A DNA stretch of 20,000 nucleotides from Spongospora subterranea f. sp. subterranea (lineage: Eukaryota). This document shows, piece by piece, positions 19,914 through 20,000 of this stretch. The notes under the pieces are model-generated. The model was not told where the DNA came from. It saw nothing but the letters and a program-made list of their open reading frames with translations, and searched no databases. The stretch is from the NCBI GenBank assembly GCA_049724395.1, contig JAUGWO010000036.1, positions 52,346 through 72,345 of the forward strand, read 5' to 3'. The number at the start of each line of letters is the position of its first letter. Within the stretch, counting starts at the first letter, position 1. The translations under genes and the position numbers were made by a program.

Positions 19914-20000
19914 ATGCGTGTCCTCAACTTGTTGGGATTACTGTTTGTTGCTACGAGACCGACTCGGTCTGTGGCAACCGAACCTGGGCATTGTTGGAGC
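19914..20000 (+). CDS. 5' start of a paralogue of the 16353-14186 gene (runs off the window)
   Basis: MRVLNLLGLLFVATRPTRSVATEPGHCWS, preceded by ~105 bp of conserved upstream sequence. Confidence 0.7.
   Translation, partial: MRVLNLLGLLFVATRPTRSVATEPGHCWS

Overview
Eukaryotic, transposon-rich accessory region with short (~50-65 nt) GT-AG introns and transposon families of the kind seen in oomycetes and other protists; an oomycete- or plasmodiophorid-like host is an inference. Host-type genes: (1) a tandem pair of intronless genes encoding a signal-peptide-bearing AsaB/CmcJ/NvfI-like Fe(II)/2-oxoglutarate oxygenase (337-1464 intact; 3100-4240 with a nonsense codon and a frameshift); (2) a six-exon minus-strand gene (16353-14186, ~633 aa) that the ORF track splits into unrelated pieces, encoding a putative secreted protein with three Cys/His/Trp modules, plus the start of an inverted paralogue at 19914; (3) a frameshifted signal-peptide + repeat + transmembrane gene (10125-10886); (4) two weaker small secreted candidates. 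Mobile DNA: a young, RT-less Ty1/copia element with a half-tRNAiMet PBS in a rearranged inverted-LTR structure, an older copia RNase H remnant, a MULE transposase pseudogene, Ty3/gypsy gag and RT-RNase H remnants, a LINE RNase H/CCHC remnant, a hAT transposase remnant with an inverted duplication, and hAT-like MITE ends. All calls come from reading the sequence; no searches were run, and single-base indels could be assembly errors.
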